Positions 52,481 through 63,291 of a stretch of 64,000 bases of DNA are shown piece after piece; positions within the stretch are counted from its first letter, which is position 1, and each line of letters opens with the position of its first letter. A model generated the notes under the pieces. It was not told where the DNA came from and searched no databases. It saw only the letters and a list, made by a program, of their open reading frames with translations. The stretch spans positions 1,622,507 to 1,686,506 of the forward strand of contig CAWJET010000002.1 of assembly GCA_963842085.1 (NCBI GenBank), read 5' to 3'. This stretch comes from an uncultured delta proteobacterium (GTDB lineage Bacteria; Desulfobacterota; Binatia; Binatales; Binataceae). A program made the position numbers and the translations under genes.

Positions 52481-53630
52481 AGTGTTGTGTCCCATTAATA
52501 AGTTTACAGATGCGCTGGAGTTTGTCGAATATCGAGTCAGCGGTGGCAGTCCAGACGAAGGGCCGCTTGTAGGTGTTGTAATGAGCCACGTAGGCGTCGA
52601 TCTTCCCCACCAGTTCGCGGACGGTGCGGAACGAGCCGCGGCGGATCGCTTGCTGGGTGATAAGCGCGAACCAGCGCTCGACTTGGTTGAGCCAGCTTGA
52701 GTAGGTGGGGGTGAAGTGAAGGTGAAAGCGCGAATGGCTGGCGAGCCACGCTTTGACCTTGGGATGCTTGTGAGTCGCGTAGTTGTCGGCGATCAGGTGC
52801 AGTTCAAGCTCGGCCGGGATGTTTGCATCGAGATGTTTCAAAAAGCTCAGGAATTCCTGGTGGCGATGACGCGGCTTGCACTGGGAGATGACCGCGCCGT
52901 CGACGATGTCCAGCGCCGCAAACAGCGTGGTAGTGCCGTGGCGAAAGTAATCGTGAGTTACCCCCTCGACATAACCGAGCCCCATCGGCAGCACCGGCTG
53001 GGTGCGCTCCAAGGCCTGCACCTGGCTTTTCTCGTCCACGCACAACACCAGCGCGTTGTCCGGCGGATTAAGATAAAGACCAACGATGGCGCGGACCTTT
53101 TCGACGAAGAACGGGTCGGTGGACAGCTTAAAGCTCTTGCTCCGATGCGGTTGCAGGCCGAACAGCGCGAAGTAGCGCGCGACAGTGCTCTTGGAGATGC
53201 CAGTATGCGCCGCCACGCTACGCACGCTCCAGTGGGTGGCGGCGGCGGGCTTGCTGTGCAGCACCTTGCGCAGCAAGGCCGCTACCTGTTCGTCGCTATG
53301 GCTGCGCGGGCGGCCCGGACGAAGTTCCGCGTGCAGCCCGGCGATGCCGCGTTGCTGATAGCGCTGGCGCCACAGACTCACCACCGGGGCACTAACCCCG
53401 CAGTGCCTGGCGACCTCTCTGTTGGCGGCACCAGCGGCGGACAACAGCACGATCTGTGCGCGCCGCACCAACGAATGCGGCAGGCGCGCGAGCGCACGAT
53501 CGAGCGCAGTTGCGACCGCTCCGACTGACTAATCAACAAGGCTGTATTTGGCCTGCCCATCCCTTCAACCTCCACCGCCACCATAGCAGATGGGCTCGCT
53601 CATGTAAAGTTATTTATGGGACATAATACT
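52481..53630 (-). mobile_element. IS630 family element, frameshift near 53485
   Basis: CVDEKSQ, DNYATH, SWLNQVE; IRs GTGTTGTGTCCCATTAATAAGTTTACA / GTATTATGTCCCATAAATAACTTTACA. Confidence 0.92.
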
Positions 53631-53632
53631 AG

Positions 53633-53751
53633 CAGGCTGCGGAAAAACTCAATGAAAGACGATTTCGGCGAAGAGTAAGCATTACTACGATCACGAGAAT
53701 GCGTCTTGGATCAATGTCATCAGGAGTCAAAAACCCTTTTTCCGCAACCTG
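53633..53751. mobile_element. 119-bp MITE with IS5-type ends
   Basis: CTAG|CAGGCTGCGGAAAAA...TTTTTCCGCAACCTG|CTAG. Confidence 0.85.
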
Positions 53752-54049
53752 CTAGGAAAGATCGCGGACTTTTCGGCAAGCTGTAAATTTTACAGGTCCT
53801 GCGGCGCAGGTCATCCCGAAATCCGTGTGGTTCGTTCAGGCATAAAAAAATGCTCTTAAAAATCCCTGCAGAGGAAAGACGGCCATGGCCAAAATGTTTT
53901 TTTCGCTGGGATTCTGGATCTCTCACACTCAGGGGCGTGCTCCAGGGCGTTTATGTGCGCGAATTCTGTCGGAATTCTTGTCAGTATCAGGGAAACCCGG
54001 CTTAGGTCTCGAAATTGCATTTCATTAGAATTTTATGGAGGTACCGATC

Positions 54050-54577
54050 ATGATCCAGATCACGCGTCCAACTGCGCGCGCAACTAGCGCAGCAGTGGCG
54101 ACTCTTCTAGCTGCTATCGTTTTTGCTACTCCTTTGTTCGCAGCCTCCAGCGATCAGACGGCCGTGGCCAAGTCACCTGCGGCCTCTTCGCAACAAGCGA
54201 TGGCGGCGACCGCGCCCGAATCACCCGCAAACTCTCCGGTCGAGGCACGTATCAAGGAACTGCACCGAAGGCTCCACATCACCGATGCCCAGAAGACTCA
54301 ATGGGACAACCTTGCCCAGGTGATGCGCGATAATGCGCGGGCGATGGTGGACCTGCAAAAACAACGGGCCGCTGACACGAAGTCGATGAACGCAGTTGCC
54401 GTCGTCAAGTCCTACTCGGAAGTGATCCAGGCCCATGAAGATGGAGTGAAGAAATTCATTCCGGCGTTCGAGGATCTCTACAACAGCATGTCGGACGCCC
54501 AGAAAAAGACTGCCGACTCAATGTTCCGCAGCCGCGCGCGCACCGAGGCAAAAAAAGTAGCTAGCAAAGAGAGCTAA
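54050..54577 (+). CDS. Spy/CpxP (LTXXQ) family periplasmic chaperone
   Basis: LHITDAQKTQW...LYNSMSDAQKKTAD. Confidence 0.85.
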   Translation: MIQITRPTARATSAAVATLLAAIVFATPLFAASSDQTAVAKSPAASSQQAMAATAPESPANSPVEARIKELHRRLHITDAQKTQWDNLAQVMRDNARAMVDLQKQRAADTKSMNAVAVVKSYSEVIQAHEDGVKKFIPAFEDLYNSMSDAQKKTADSMFRSRARTEAKKVASKES

Positions 54578-54612
54578 TTAACCTAGAGTCGCACTGGCGA
54601 TGGAGAGTCACC

Positions 54613-54951
54613 ATGAGAACCTCGACTACACATAGTAACGACTCGCGCTCCCTGTTCACGAGATTCGGCAAGATCGCGACGGCGCTCGCGTTCGGCGGCC
54701 TGCTTTGCACTTTCCCTGTTGGGTCGGCGTGGGCCGCCCGCCATCACGGCGGCGGTGGGCACCGCGCTTATCACGGCGGCGGATATCACGGAGGTTGGAG
54801 AGGCCATTACTGGGGGTGGGGGCCGAACTACTATTACACACCCGGACCCGACTACTACGTAGCGCCTGAGCCCTACGCCTACTATCCGCCGGAGCCGGGC
54901 TACTACTACCCGGAACCTAGTGAGGGTCTGAATCTCTTCTTCCATCTTTGA
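54613..54951 (+). CDS. Small exported Gly/Tyr/Pro-rich protein
   Basis: Signal peptide; HGGG and YYPPEP repeats. Confidence 0.7.
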   Translation: MRTSTTHSNDSRSLFTRFGKIATALAFGGLLCTFPVGSAWAARHHGGGGHRAYHGGGYHGGWRGHYWGWGPNYYYTPGPDYYVAPEPYAYYPPEPGYYYPEPSEGLNLFFHL

Positions 54952-55395
54952 TAGGGCAGGCCGCTTGGTGAGCCGATTATCCCGTTGTCCATGATTGTTG
55001 AAGCCAGAGGCGCGTCTTCCCTCAGTCCGCGTTTTCGAGATGCCGCTCGGTCGGTGCTGCAAGGCATCGGAGCAGGGCCGGATATGGTGGGTCGGGAAGT
55101 GCGAGAGATGGAGTCGTTTACGATCGGCGCGACCGCGAACCGCCGAGTGCTGGGCTCGCTCAACGACCTGGCTTCGCTCACTCCTTGACGTACGCGTTCT
55201 GCCAAGGTTGATGGAGGCCATGCCCGTGATTCACGCCGGGCCGCCCAAGCTCGGGAACCGTGAAGCGAACCGACTTTTCTGCGCACAGAGAGAATCCCGG
55301 TCAAATCGAGCGAATCCGGCCTGAGCTTGCTCTCTCTGGTGCGCTTCGAGCGCAAAAGCACCACGACACGCGCGGATTTGCCGTCATCTCTAGAT

Positions 55396-55456
55396 TGTAG
55401 GGAAACATGCCAGACTGTGTGGCGGAGCGCAGTCATTTCGAACTCTCAAGCGACTT
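55396..55456. repeat. att-like repeat 1 (tRNA 3'-end-like on the minus strand)
   Basis: TGTAGGGAAACATG...TGGCGGAGCGCAGTCATTTCGAACTCTC. Confidence 0.7.
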
Positions 55457-55567
55457 CCAGAGACGGTAAGATTCGGGGTAAATTGCACCGAAAGTCGCCG
55501 GCGAAAGGACTGGCTGTTCGGGGCGAATCGAGCAATGTGTGTGGTACCCGGAGAAGGAGCGGGTTGC

Positions 55568-56047
55568 ATGAAAAACACGATTTGGCCGAGGGAAAACGAT
55601 CGATCGCAGGACGAATTGGATAGCCTCCGCGCGCTGAAACCCGATCAACTCGCAGAGCGGTGGCGCGAGTTGTACGGGACGGCGATGCCGGCGCGGCTGC
55701 GCCGTTCACTCATCATTCAGGCGCTTGCTTATCGTCTTCAGGAGAAAGCTCTTGGCGGCCTGAAGCCAGCCACCAGGCGACTTCTGGAGACCGCAGCGGG
55801 ACGTGCCAGCGAACACCGAACAGCGAAGTTGCGGACGAGGCGTTCAGCTCAAACGGGAACCGTGCTGGTCCGCGAGTGGCACGGGACCAAGCATCAGGTC
55901 ACGGTGCTCAAAGATGGGTTCATGTTCAAGGGAAAACACTTTGAATCGCTCTCGAAGATCGCACGCGAAATCACCGGCACTCGCTGGTCTGGTCCTCTCT
56001 TCTTCGGCTTGAGGTCTCGGCGGGAGCATCAAGATGGAGCCCGCTAA
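55568..56047 (+). CDS. DUF2924 domain protein
   Basis: LAYRLQEKALGGL, GTVLVREWHG, SLSKIAREITGTRWSGPLFFGL. Confidence 0.9.
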   Translation: MKNTIWPRENDRSQDELDSLRALKPDQLAERWRELYGTAMPARLRRSLIIQALAYRLQEKALGGLKPATRRLLETAAGRASEHRTAKLRTRRSAQTGTVLVREWHGTKHQVTVLKDGFMFKGKHFESLSKIAREITGTRWSGPLFFGLRSRREHQDGAR

Positions 56048-57854
56048 ACCGAACGCATTCCGATGCGCGATCTACACGCGGAAGTCCTCGGAGGAAGGGC
56101 TGGAGCAAGAGTTCAATTCGCTGCATGCGCAGCGCGAGGCCTGTGAGTCGTTCATCCGAAGTCAGCATGGTGAAGGCTGGCGGCTGATCAAGACTCATTA
56201 TGATGACGGCGGCTTTTCCGGCGGGACGATGGAACGCCCTGCCCTGCAGCGCCTGCTTGAGGACATCCGCCAGAAGCTGATCGACGTCGTTGTGGTCTAC
56301 AAGGTCGACCGCCTCACGCGATCGCTGTCGGATTTCGCCAAAATGGTCGAGGTTTTCGACGGTCAAAGCGTTTCGTTCGTAGCCGTAACGCAGCAGTTCA
56401 ACACGACCACGTCGATGGGACGATTGACGCTCAACGTCCTGCTGTCTTTCGCCCAGTTCGAACGCGAGGTTACCGGCGAGCGGATCCGGGACAAGATCGC
56501 CGCTTCAAAACGCAAGGGTATGTGGATCGGCGGCCTCGTCCCACTCGGCTATGAAGTGCGCGACCGCCAGTTGGTGATTGAGCCCACTGAGGCAGAGACT
56601 GTTCGTCACATCTTCCGGCGCTACAGTGAACTGGGTAGCGTGCGGCTTCTGAAAGACGAACTCGATCAAACTGGAATCCGTTCCAAAGTCCGCATTGCCA
56701 AGAATGGAAAGCGCTCGGGCGGCGAATCGTTCTCACGCGGCGCGCTCTACACGCTGCTCGGCAATCCGATCTACATCGGCGAGGTTCGGCACAAGGGCAC
56801 GCGCTACCCAGGTCTGCACGAGCCAATCGTTGAGGCTTCGATATGGAAGAAGATCGATGAGCTGCTGCATGCTCACGCGGGCCGCGCTCGCGGAACCAGC
56901 ACTAAATCAATGAGTAGTCCGCTTGCGGGCAAGCTCTTCGACGAAGCGGGACGACCGCTGACTCCGAGCCATGCGGTGAAGGGCGCACGTCGCTATCGCT
57001 ACTACGTCTCGCGTAGCCTGATTACGGGCCCAGCAGAGCAAACCGAGAGAGGCTGGCGGATTCCAGCCGCTGAATTTGAACGCCGCGTGGCAGCCGCTGC
57101 ACGCACGATCCTCAAGGATCGTCCGGGTATCGCCGCCGAGGTGGAACAGCTGGACTGGAATGCGGTGAGCGTGAAATCGATTTTCGAGGCTGCAAACACT
57201 TGGAGCGAGCGGCTCACATCCGAAGCGGAAACAGCCGAGTCGTTGCGACTTCTCGTCGATCGCGTCGAGCTGGACCAACATGGAATCAAGGTTTCCCTCG
57301 AGCTGCCTGCTGCGCACGACGGAGCTCACCTCAAACTGACCCGGCTGATTCCGATGCAGCTGCGCCGGCGCGGAATCGAAATGAAGTTCGTGATCGGCGG
57401 CGACTCGCTCGTCTCCCGCCGAAGCGACCCTGCGCTCGTAAAGCTCATTGGACGCGCGCGCTGCTGGTTCCAGGACTTGTTGAGCGGGCGAGCCCATTCA
57501 ATGGTCGACATCGGCAAACGCGAGAAAGTCGGCAAACGTTACGTGAGCCGGGTTATTCGCTTTGCTTTTCTGGCGCCAAACATTGTCGAACAGATTGCGG
57601 GCGACCACCAGCCCCCTGACTTCACTGCTGAATCGTTACTGAGGGGTCAAGCTGAGCTGCCACTCGCCTGGGATGCTCAGCGCAAGCTTCTCGGATTTTC
57701 TCATCCAGACCGATCGAGGCCTGAGACCAGGAAACCTTGGCCTCCGAGACAATCATCGCGCGGCGTTTTGAACGCTGGTTGCGACCCGCTCCAAACCTAC
57801 TGCAAATCTAAAGTCCACCGCCAAAAATCGAAATGGAGAAAATCTCGCGTATAG
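56034..57854 (+). CDS. Large serine recombinase
   Basis: CAIYTRKS, DGGFSGG, YKVDRLTRS, FAQFERE, GNPIYIG. Confidence 0.93.
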   Translation: MEPAKPNAFRCAIYTRKSSEEGLEQEFNSLHAQREACESFIRSQHGEGWRLIKTHYDDGGFSGGTMERPALQRLLEDIRQKLIDVVVVYKVDRLTRSLSDFAKMVEVFDGQSVSFVAVTQQFNTTTSMGRLTLNVLLSFAQFEREVTGERIRDKIAASKRKGMWIGGLVPLGYEVRDRQLVIEPTEAETVRHIFRRYSELGSVRLLKDELDQTGIRSKVRIAKNGKRSGGESFSRGALYTLLGNPIYIGEVRHKGTRYPGLHEPIVEASIWKKIDELLHAHAGRARGTSTKSMSSPLAGKLFDEAGRPLTPSHAVKGARRYRYYVSRSLITGPAEQTERGWRIPAAEFERRVAAAARTILKDRPGIAAEVEQLDWNAVSVKSIFEAANTWSERLTSEAETAESLRLLVDRVELDQHGIKVSLELPAAHDGAHLKLTRLIPMQLRRRGIEMKFVIGGDSLVSRRSDPALVKLIGRARCWFQDLLSGRAHSMVDIGKREKVGKRYVSRVIRFAFLAPNIVEQIAGDHQPPDFTAESLLRGQAELPLAWDAQRKLLGFSHPDRSRPETRKPWPPRQSSRGVLNAGCDPLQTYCKSKVHRQKSKWRKSRV

Positions 57855-57967
57855 TCTTACAACCCACCGACCTGCCGCGTCTCCGGTGGCCTTCGGATCG
57901 CTGAAGCGCCACTGGCCGCGCGTCTTCTGCATCTAGTCGGATTTTTCTCCACATTGGAGACTCGGGT

Positions 57968-58002
57968 GCGGAGCGCAGTCAATTCGAACTCTCAGGCGAC
58001 TT
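57968..58002. repeat. att-like repeat 2
   Basis: GCGGAGCGCAGTCAATTCGAACTCTCAGGCGACTT, near-identical to 55422-55456. Confidence 0.75.
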
Positions 58003-58096
58003 TTGGTGCTCCTGAATTGGACTTGCGTCTGAGACGTGGAACAGAAAAAGGGACCGAGCCCTCTTCGAGCCCGAACCCTTGGTCGTGCGGTGGGCG

Positions 58097-58381
58097 CTAC
58101 TTCTTGATCCTGGCTTTCTTGGTCCGCGCCGCTGACCCGTACCGTTTGGCGAAACACTTCCGGCAGCGCCGATCGCGCCGCCTGATGAAACTCGGAGCAA
58201 GGTCGGCGCTGCCGCAGTAGCGACAAACCAGCTTCTCCGGCTTCTGTTTACGTCCGACCTTCTTTCGAAGGGTCCTGCCTCCGGTTGATCGAGCAGCATC
58301 GTCTCGCTTCCTCTCGGGGAGTAAGAGCAACGTATGCAGGACCAGAGATTTCCCAAATCGCGCGGCTCCGAGCCGCCGCAT
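58097..58381 (-). CDS. Small basic Zn-ribbon protein
   Basis: CRYC...CRKC, Lys/Arg-rich; start uncertain. Confidence 0.5.
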   Translation of the reverse strand: MRRLGAARFGKSLVLHTLLLLPERKRDDAARSTGGRTLRKKVGRKQKPEKLVCRYCGSADLAPSFIRRRDRRCRKCFAKRYGSAARTKKARIKK

Positions 58382-58589
58382 CGCATCAGCCGCGGCAGAC
58401 GATCTCGCGGAAACGGTCCGCCTTCGAAGCCAGTCACGGTGTTCGCGCCCGTTCGCCTTCTCATCGCCTTCGATCGCTCGCTTCGGGGACGCAACAGAGC
58501 AAACATCCGACGCCAGCCGATATGGCTCAGGAGAATCACAGAATGGAAAACACGAAATTGTCGAACGGTAATGGGCGGACAACCGATGA

Positions 58590-60303
58590 AGTTCGAGCCG
58601 GCGACGGCCTCCGCAGGAACCGTTTTGATGCGAGATTGGCACGGCGTCGCGGCGGAGGACTCAAACCATCCACTCGAGGGCACCCTCATTTTTGGCCACC
58701 GGTCCGCGGTTCTTCGGATTGTGATGAATGCTTCGCAGGCTTGGCGCTGCGGCACGAGGTGAGGGTGTTGGATCGAGGCGTTCTGTACAAAAGAAAGCGC
58801 TACGGCTCACTTACTGAGGTTGCCAAGCTGATCACCGGCGCGCACTGGAACCTCGCACAGATAAAGGAAAAGCGCATCGACGTGGTCGTCGTTTACAAAG
58901 TTGACCGATTGACCCGTTCCCTAGCCGATTTTGCGAAAATCGTAGAAATCTTCGATGCCGAAGGCGTGTCCTTCGTTGCAGTCACACAGCAGTTCAACAC
59001 TACCACGTCGATGGGCCGATTGACCCTGAACGTGCTGCTCTCGTTTGCCCAGTTCGAACGCGAGGTAACCGGCGAACGCATCCGCGACAAGATTGCGGCC
59101 TCCAAACAGAAGGGGATGTGGATGGGTGGAAGTGTTCCGCTCGGCTACGATCTGAGCGATCGTCGGCTGGTCATGAACCCGGCGGAAGCGGAGACGGTGC
59201 GGCTAATATTCGAGCTGTATCTTGAGTTCAAAACGCTCCGCCGGGTCAGAGAAGAACTGAATCGGCGGTCGATCGTCTCGAAGCAATGGGTATCGAACGG
59301 GGGCACACGGCACGGCGGATTCCGGTTCGGTCGCGGCGCACTTTATCACCTGCTGGCGAACCCGATTTATGTGGGCGAGATCCGACACAAGAAAGTGAAC
59401 TATCCGGGCCAGCATGAACCGATAATCGAGCGAGCTAAATGGCAACGAGTTCAGGAAATGCTCAATGCAAAAGCTGCTCATCCGCGCGGAGGGACAGTCA
59501 GCAGAACCACCGGTCTGCTAATGGGCAGACTGTTCGACGAAGGCGGCGAGCCGCTCTATTCTTGCTGGGCAAAAAAAGGAGAGCGCCGTTATCGCTACTT
59601 CGTCTCGCGAAAGCTCGTCAGAGGATCCAACAAGCCGGAGGACCGAGGGTGGCGCCTTCCGGCCGGACGAACCGAAGAAGCCGTGACCGCTGCCGCGCTG
59701 CAGATTCTCTCGGATCGCGGCGCGCTGGCCTCCACTCTAAAAACCTGGGGCCTTTCTGCATCGGAGTTGAAGCAGGCGGTCGAGGCAATCGATAGCAAGG
59801 TAAAATCCTTCAGACAGATCGGGACGATGGAAGAGTCCGAAACAATAATCGAGCGAGTCGAGCTAAAGCGGGATGGTATGCAGGTCACTTTGAACCTTGG
59901 CGCGATGCTCCGGCCTGATCAATTCCCGCGTGGCGGAGCAACCCTACGAATGACCCGCTTGGTCCCTATGCAGCTGCGACGGCGAGGCGTCGAGACCCGC
60001 CTGGTGATTCCGGGAGAAGCGGTCACAGCCTCCCGGACAGACCCTACCCTGCTCCGAGCACTGGCTCGCGGCCATCAGTGGTTCGGCGATTTGGCCTCCG
60101 GCAGAGCGGTATCAACCAAACAGATCGCGGACAGAGAAGGTCTGAGTGATAGCTACGTACGCCACGTGGTACCGCTCGGACTCCTAGCGCCGAATCGATC
60201 TGCGTGGGGCGACAGTCCGTCAGCCTTTCTGCCAAGCGCTTGAAGGATCACGCCAGTCTCCCCATCGAATGGGATGCGCAGCAGCGGCTTCTTTCGGACT
60301 AGA
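58590..60303 (+). pseudogene. Degraded DUF2924 plus 5'-deleted serine recombinase paralog
   Basis: GTVLMRDWHG and SLTEVAKLITGAHWN fused to IDVVVVYKVDRLTRS; catalytic YTRKS missing; 3' frameshift. Confidence 0.88.
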
Positions 60304-60470
60304 CAATTCGACGCGACCAACTCCGACTGCACTTTCCTCGTGGCCCCGAATTTCCTCGCTACAGAGACAAATCGCGCTGAATTGGCGTTATGCTCGGCCG
60401 GTGGCCGTCTCCGGGCCCACGACCGCGCGTGATTCGCGCCCCACGCGCCGATTTCGCTGCTTCTCCATAA

Positions 60471-60529
60471 TGTAGGGAAACATGTCAAACTGCGTGGCGG
60501 ATGGCGCAGTCTGATGCGAACCTGCTCTC
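60471..60529. repeat. att-like repeat 3
   Basis: TGTAGGGAAACATGTCAAACTGCGTGGCGGATGGCGCAGTC, matches 55396 onward. Confidence 0.7.
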
Positions 60530-60661
60530 TGCGGTCAAATTTCCTGATCTTCAGGGAAAAAACAGGAATTCATGCGATTTCTGGCCTGATCCAAGCGATT
60601 TGAGACTCGAAAAGCTGCGGATCCGCCTGGGTTTTTTCGGCAGATTCCCTACTCAGCTGAA

Positions 60662-60731
60662 CAGGGAATTAGTTTTGGGTAACAGGGATTTATTTTCGCG
60701 GATCAGGGAATTTTCAGGGCGGAGCAGGGAA
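60662..60731 (+). repeat. Four CAGGGA motifs with exact 21-bp period
   Basis: Starts at 60662, 60683, 60704, 60725. Confidence 0.85.
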
Positions 60732-60801
60732 ATTCCTGTGGCGGGCGGCGCGGCGCGAAAATCCTGTGTTTTCGGCGCGGATGGAGTTTTGACGAGGCAC
60801 A

Positions 60802-61183
60802 CGCGGGTCTCGCGGTCGATTCTGGGGCGGCCACCACGCTGGCGGGACTTCCAGGGCCAATAGGCCCGAAAACCGCGCCGATGCCACCGAATTACGGTCT
60901 CCGGCTTGACCACCGTGATCGCATCCGGGATCGAGGGGAAGCAGCCGGTACAGCCAGACCAATACCAGCCGGTCGATGTTCCTCATCCACACCCGAGACC
61001 CCGACTTGCGGCTCAGGACGATCACTTGCTGCCGCAGAACCAGAATTTCAGCTTCGAGTCTCGCACGTGATTTCAATCGGGATCGTACGACGAGCAGGAA
61101 CTTGGTCAGGAACGCAAACATTGCGCCCCCCTAGTACAGCTATCGCACTCCGTCACCCCGGACGAGGTTTTTCGGTAGCGACA
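60802..61183 (-). mobile_element. 5' part and terminal IR of an integrase-core (IS3/IS481-like) element
   Basis: IR TGTCGCTACCGAAAAAC; LEAEILVLRQQ, VKPETVIRWHR, GGRPRIDRETR. Confidence 0.8.
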
Positions 61184-61409
61184 GGTCAAAGATCATCTCA
61201 ATGCGCGCGCTCAAAGATCGCACACTCTGGAGGCCACCATGAATGATACGCCCTTGTCGATTTCCAGCGCGGTCGCTGACCCATGAGTTCTTCGGGTCGC
61301 TCCGTACGCTAAGGCCGTGAATTCACGATGGTCCCGGAGCGCCACTGGTTGAAGCGCCTGAAGGAACCTGAGCCGTGTCCCATCGCGAAGCTGGCGGCGG
61401 ATGCGACCT

Positions 61410-61510
61410 CGGAGTTCTTATCCGAAATCTACGGCTGGTTCACCGAGGGCTTCGACACCGCCGACTTGAAGGACGCCAAGGCCCTGTTCGATGAACTGAA
61501 AGATAACTAA
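61410..61510 (+). pseudogene. C-terminal remnant of an adenylate cyclase/AAA-TPR protein
   Basis: LSEIYGWFTEGFDTADLKDAKALFDEL. Confidence 0.75.
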
Positions 61511-61517
61511 GCGCCGA

Positions 61518-62297
61518 TCACTTCATCAGGTGCGGATAGTTCGCCCAATCGTCGGGGTCGTGGCTGACCCATAGGCGCGCCTCGCTGAGATCCTGAATCC
61601 CCTTCAGACGCCGGATCGATTCGCCCGCCTGCTCTAGGTCGTAATCGGTCGCCATCCCCTTGAGCGTTTCGAGCTGCGCGCGAATATGGATCGTATCGCC
61701 GGTGAGCACGATCGGCCCGTCCTGCTTGAGCCTGACGAACAGCGAGCACTCACCCGGCGTGTGTCCCGCCGTCTTGAGCATCTGGAGGCTCCCGTCACCC
61801 ATCAGGTCGGTGTCCTCGGTGACTTCGTTCCAATCGAAGCGGCGCGTCGGCAGCAGATCTTCCAGGATGAACGCCAGCCGCGCGCGGCGGTCGGGCCAGT
61901 AAGCGTAAGGAAGCTCGCCCTTGACCACGAAGAACTTCGCATGCGGAAACAGGGCGAGGCCGCCGGCGTGATCGAGATGGAGATGCGAAACGACCACGAA
62001 CTTCACGTCGGCGGGATCGTAGCCGTGGGCGCGAATCTGCCGGTCTACCGCCATCTCGGGTGACATCCGCACGTTGAGCAGTTTCGCCAGCGGTCCCCAG
62101 TAGGCTTCGGGCTCGACGGCGACGCGCGGATTGCATCCGGTGTCGAACAGCACCAGACCGTTGCGATGCTCGATCAGGAACGACGGCACCGGGATCTCGA
62201 GTACCTTATCGGAGCCTCCCAGCATCAGGTCAGCCTCGCGCATCGAGAGCATCGCGCCGGGCAGCGCGATTAGCTTGTCGGCGGTAGCGTTGGTCAT
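61518..62297 (-). CDS. N-acyl homoserine lactonase family MBL-fold hydrolase
   Basis: FDTG, SHLHLDHAG, GHTPG, TGD, SHD. Confidence 0.9.
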   Translation of the reverse strand: MTNATADKLIALPGAMLSMREADLMLGGSDKVLEIPVPSFLIEHRNGLVLFDTGCNPRVAVEPEAYWGPLAKLLNVRMSPEMAVDRQIRAHGYDPADVKFVVVSHLHLDHAGGLALFPHAKFFVVKGELPYAYWPDRRARLAFILEDLLPTRRFDWNEVTEDTDLMGDGSLQMLKTAGHTPGECSLFVRLKQDGPIVLTGDTIHIRAQLETLKGMATDYDLEQAGESIRRLKGIQDLSEARLWVSHDPDDWANYPHLMK

Positions 62298-62490
62298 GAG
62301 TTCCTCCGTCGCGGCGATACTCGCGCGGAGCCGCTTTCGCCGTCAAGCGGCGCAGCGTTATGCTCACGCCAGATCGAGATGAAAGTGAAGCTGAAAAAGA
62401 GCGCCGGCGAGTATTTCGAGGAAGGGATCGAACTCTTCAACATGTTTTCCCCAGTTCGGAGCTTACGGTTTATCGCCAGATGTGCGGGCG

Positions 62491-63291
62491 CTAGTGCGTG
62501 ATGGTTCCGCCACATACGTTGATTGCTTGGCCCGTAACGCCACGCGCGGCGGGAGATGCGAGGTAGACGGCTGCCGCCGCGATCTCCTCCGCATCCAGCA
62601 GACGCCGCTGGATCGACATGGGCAGGATACGTTCTTGAAGAACCTGGTCTCGTGACACCTGCAGGATGCGCGAGAGCTCGTCGACAACGCCGCCGTCACC
62701 CAAGATCATGTCGGTGTTCACCACACCGGGGCAGATCGCGTTGACCGTGATCCCTGGGATTCCGAGCCATCCCATCTCTGCGGCAACCGTGCGCGTCAAA
62801 CCGATCACCGCGTGCTTCGAGGCGGAATACGCGACGTTCGTCGGGCTGGCTTGTTTGCCGGAGATCGACGCAATGTTGATGATCCGGCCTTCACCCTGCC
62901 CCATCATGACCGGCAGAAAACGTTTGACGCAATAGTACGTCCCGAAGAGGTTCACCTCGATGACGCGCCGCCACTCCGCGTCGTCAGTATCGAACGCAAA
63001 CGCACGCTTGCCGACCACCCCGGCGCAGTTGACGAGAACGTCGACCTTGCCGAACTCAGTGAGAGTCGCCTTCAGCAGCGCCTCCACCTCATCGGGCTTC
63101 ACCACGTCAAATCGATACGCGACCGCTTTGCGTTGCCGTCTTTCCACCTCCGCAGCGACGTCTTTCACTTGCGATGCGACATCAGCCGCAACGACTACGT
63201 TGGCGCCCTCGTCGGCGAAGGCCAGGCAGATCGCCCGGCCGATACCTCGACCGCCGCCGGTCACTACGGCGATTTTGTCCTGCAACTTCAT
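62491..63291 (-). CDS. SDR family oxidoreductase
   Basis: TGGGRGIG, VNCAG, YSASK, NAICPG. Confidence 0.95.
   Translation of the reverse strand: MKLQDKIAVVTGGGRGIGRAICLAFADEGANVVVAADVASQVKDVAAEVERRQRKAVAYRFDVVKPDEVEALLKATLTEFGKVDVLVNCAGVVGKRAFAFDTDDAEWRRVIEVNLFGTYYCVKRFLPVMMGQGEGRIINIASISGKQASPTNVAYSASKHAVIGLTRTVAAEMGWLGIPGITVNAICPGVVNTDMILGDGGVVDELSRILQVSRDQVLQERILPMSIQRRLLDAEEIAAAAVYLASPAARGVTGQAINVCGGTITH

Noticed and set aside
55396-55456. tRNA gene
   Set aside because: Only a degenerate 3' portion; no D or anticodon arms.
58285-60243. Intact 652-aa DUF2924-recombinase fusion
   Set aside because: Catalytic Ser segment deleted, N-terminus scrambled, 3' frameshift.
61518-62297. Quorum-quenching function
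   Set aside because: Family membership only; the SDR/amidohydrolase context suggests catabolism.
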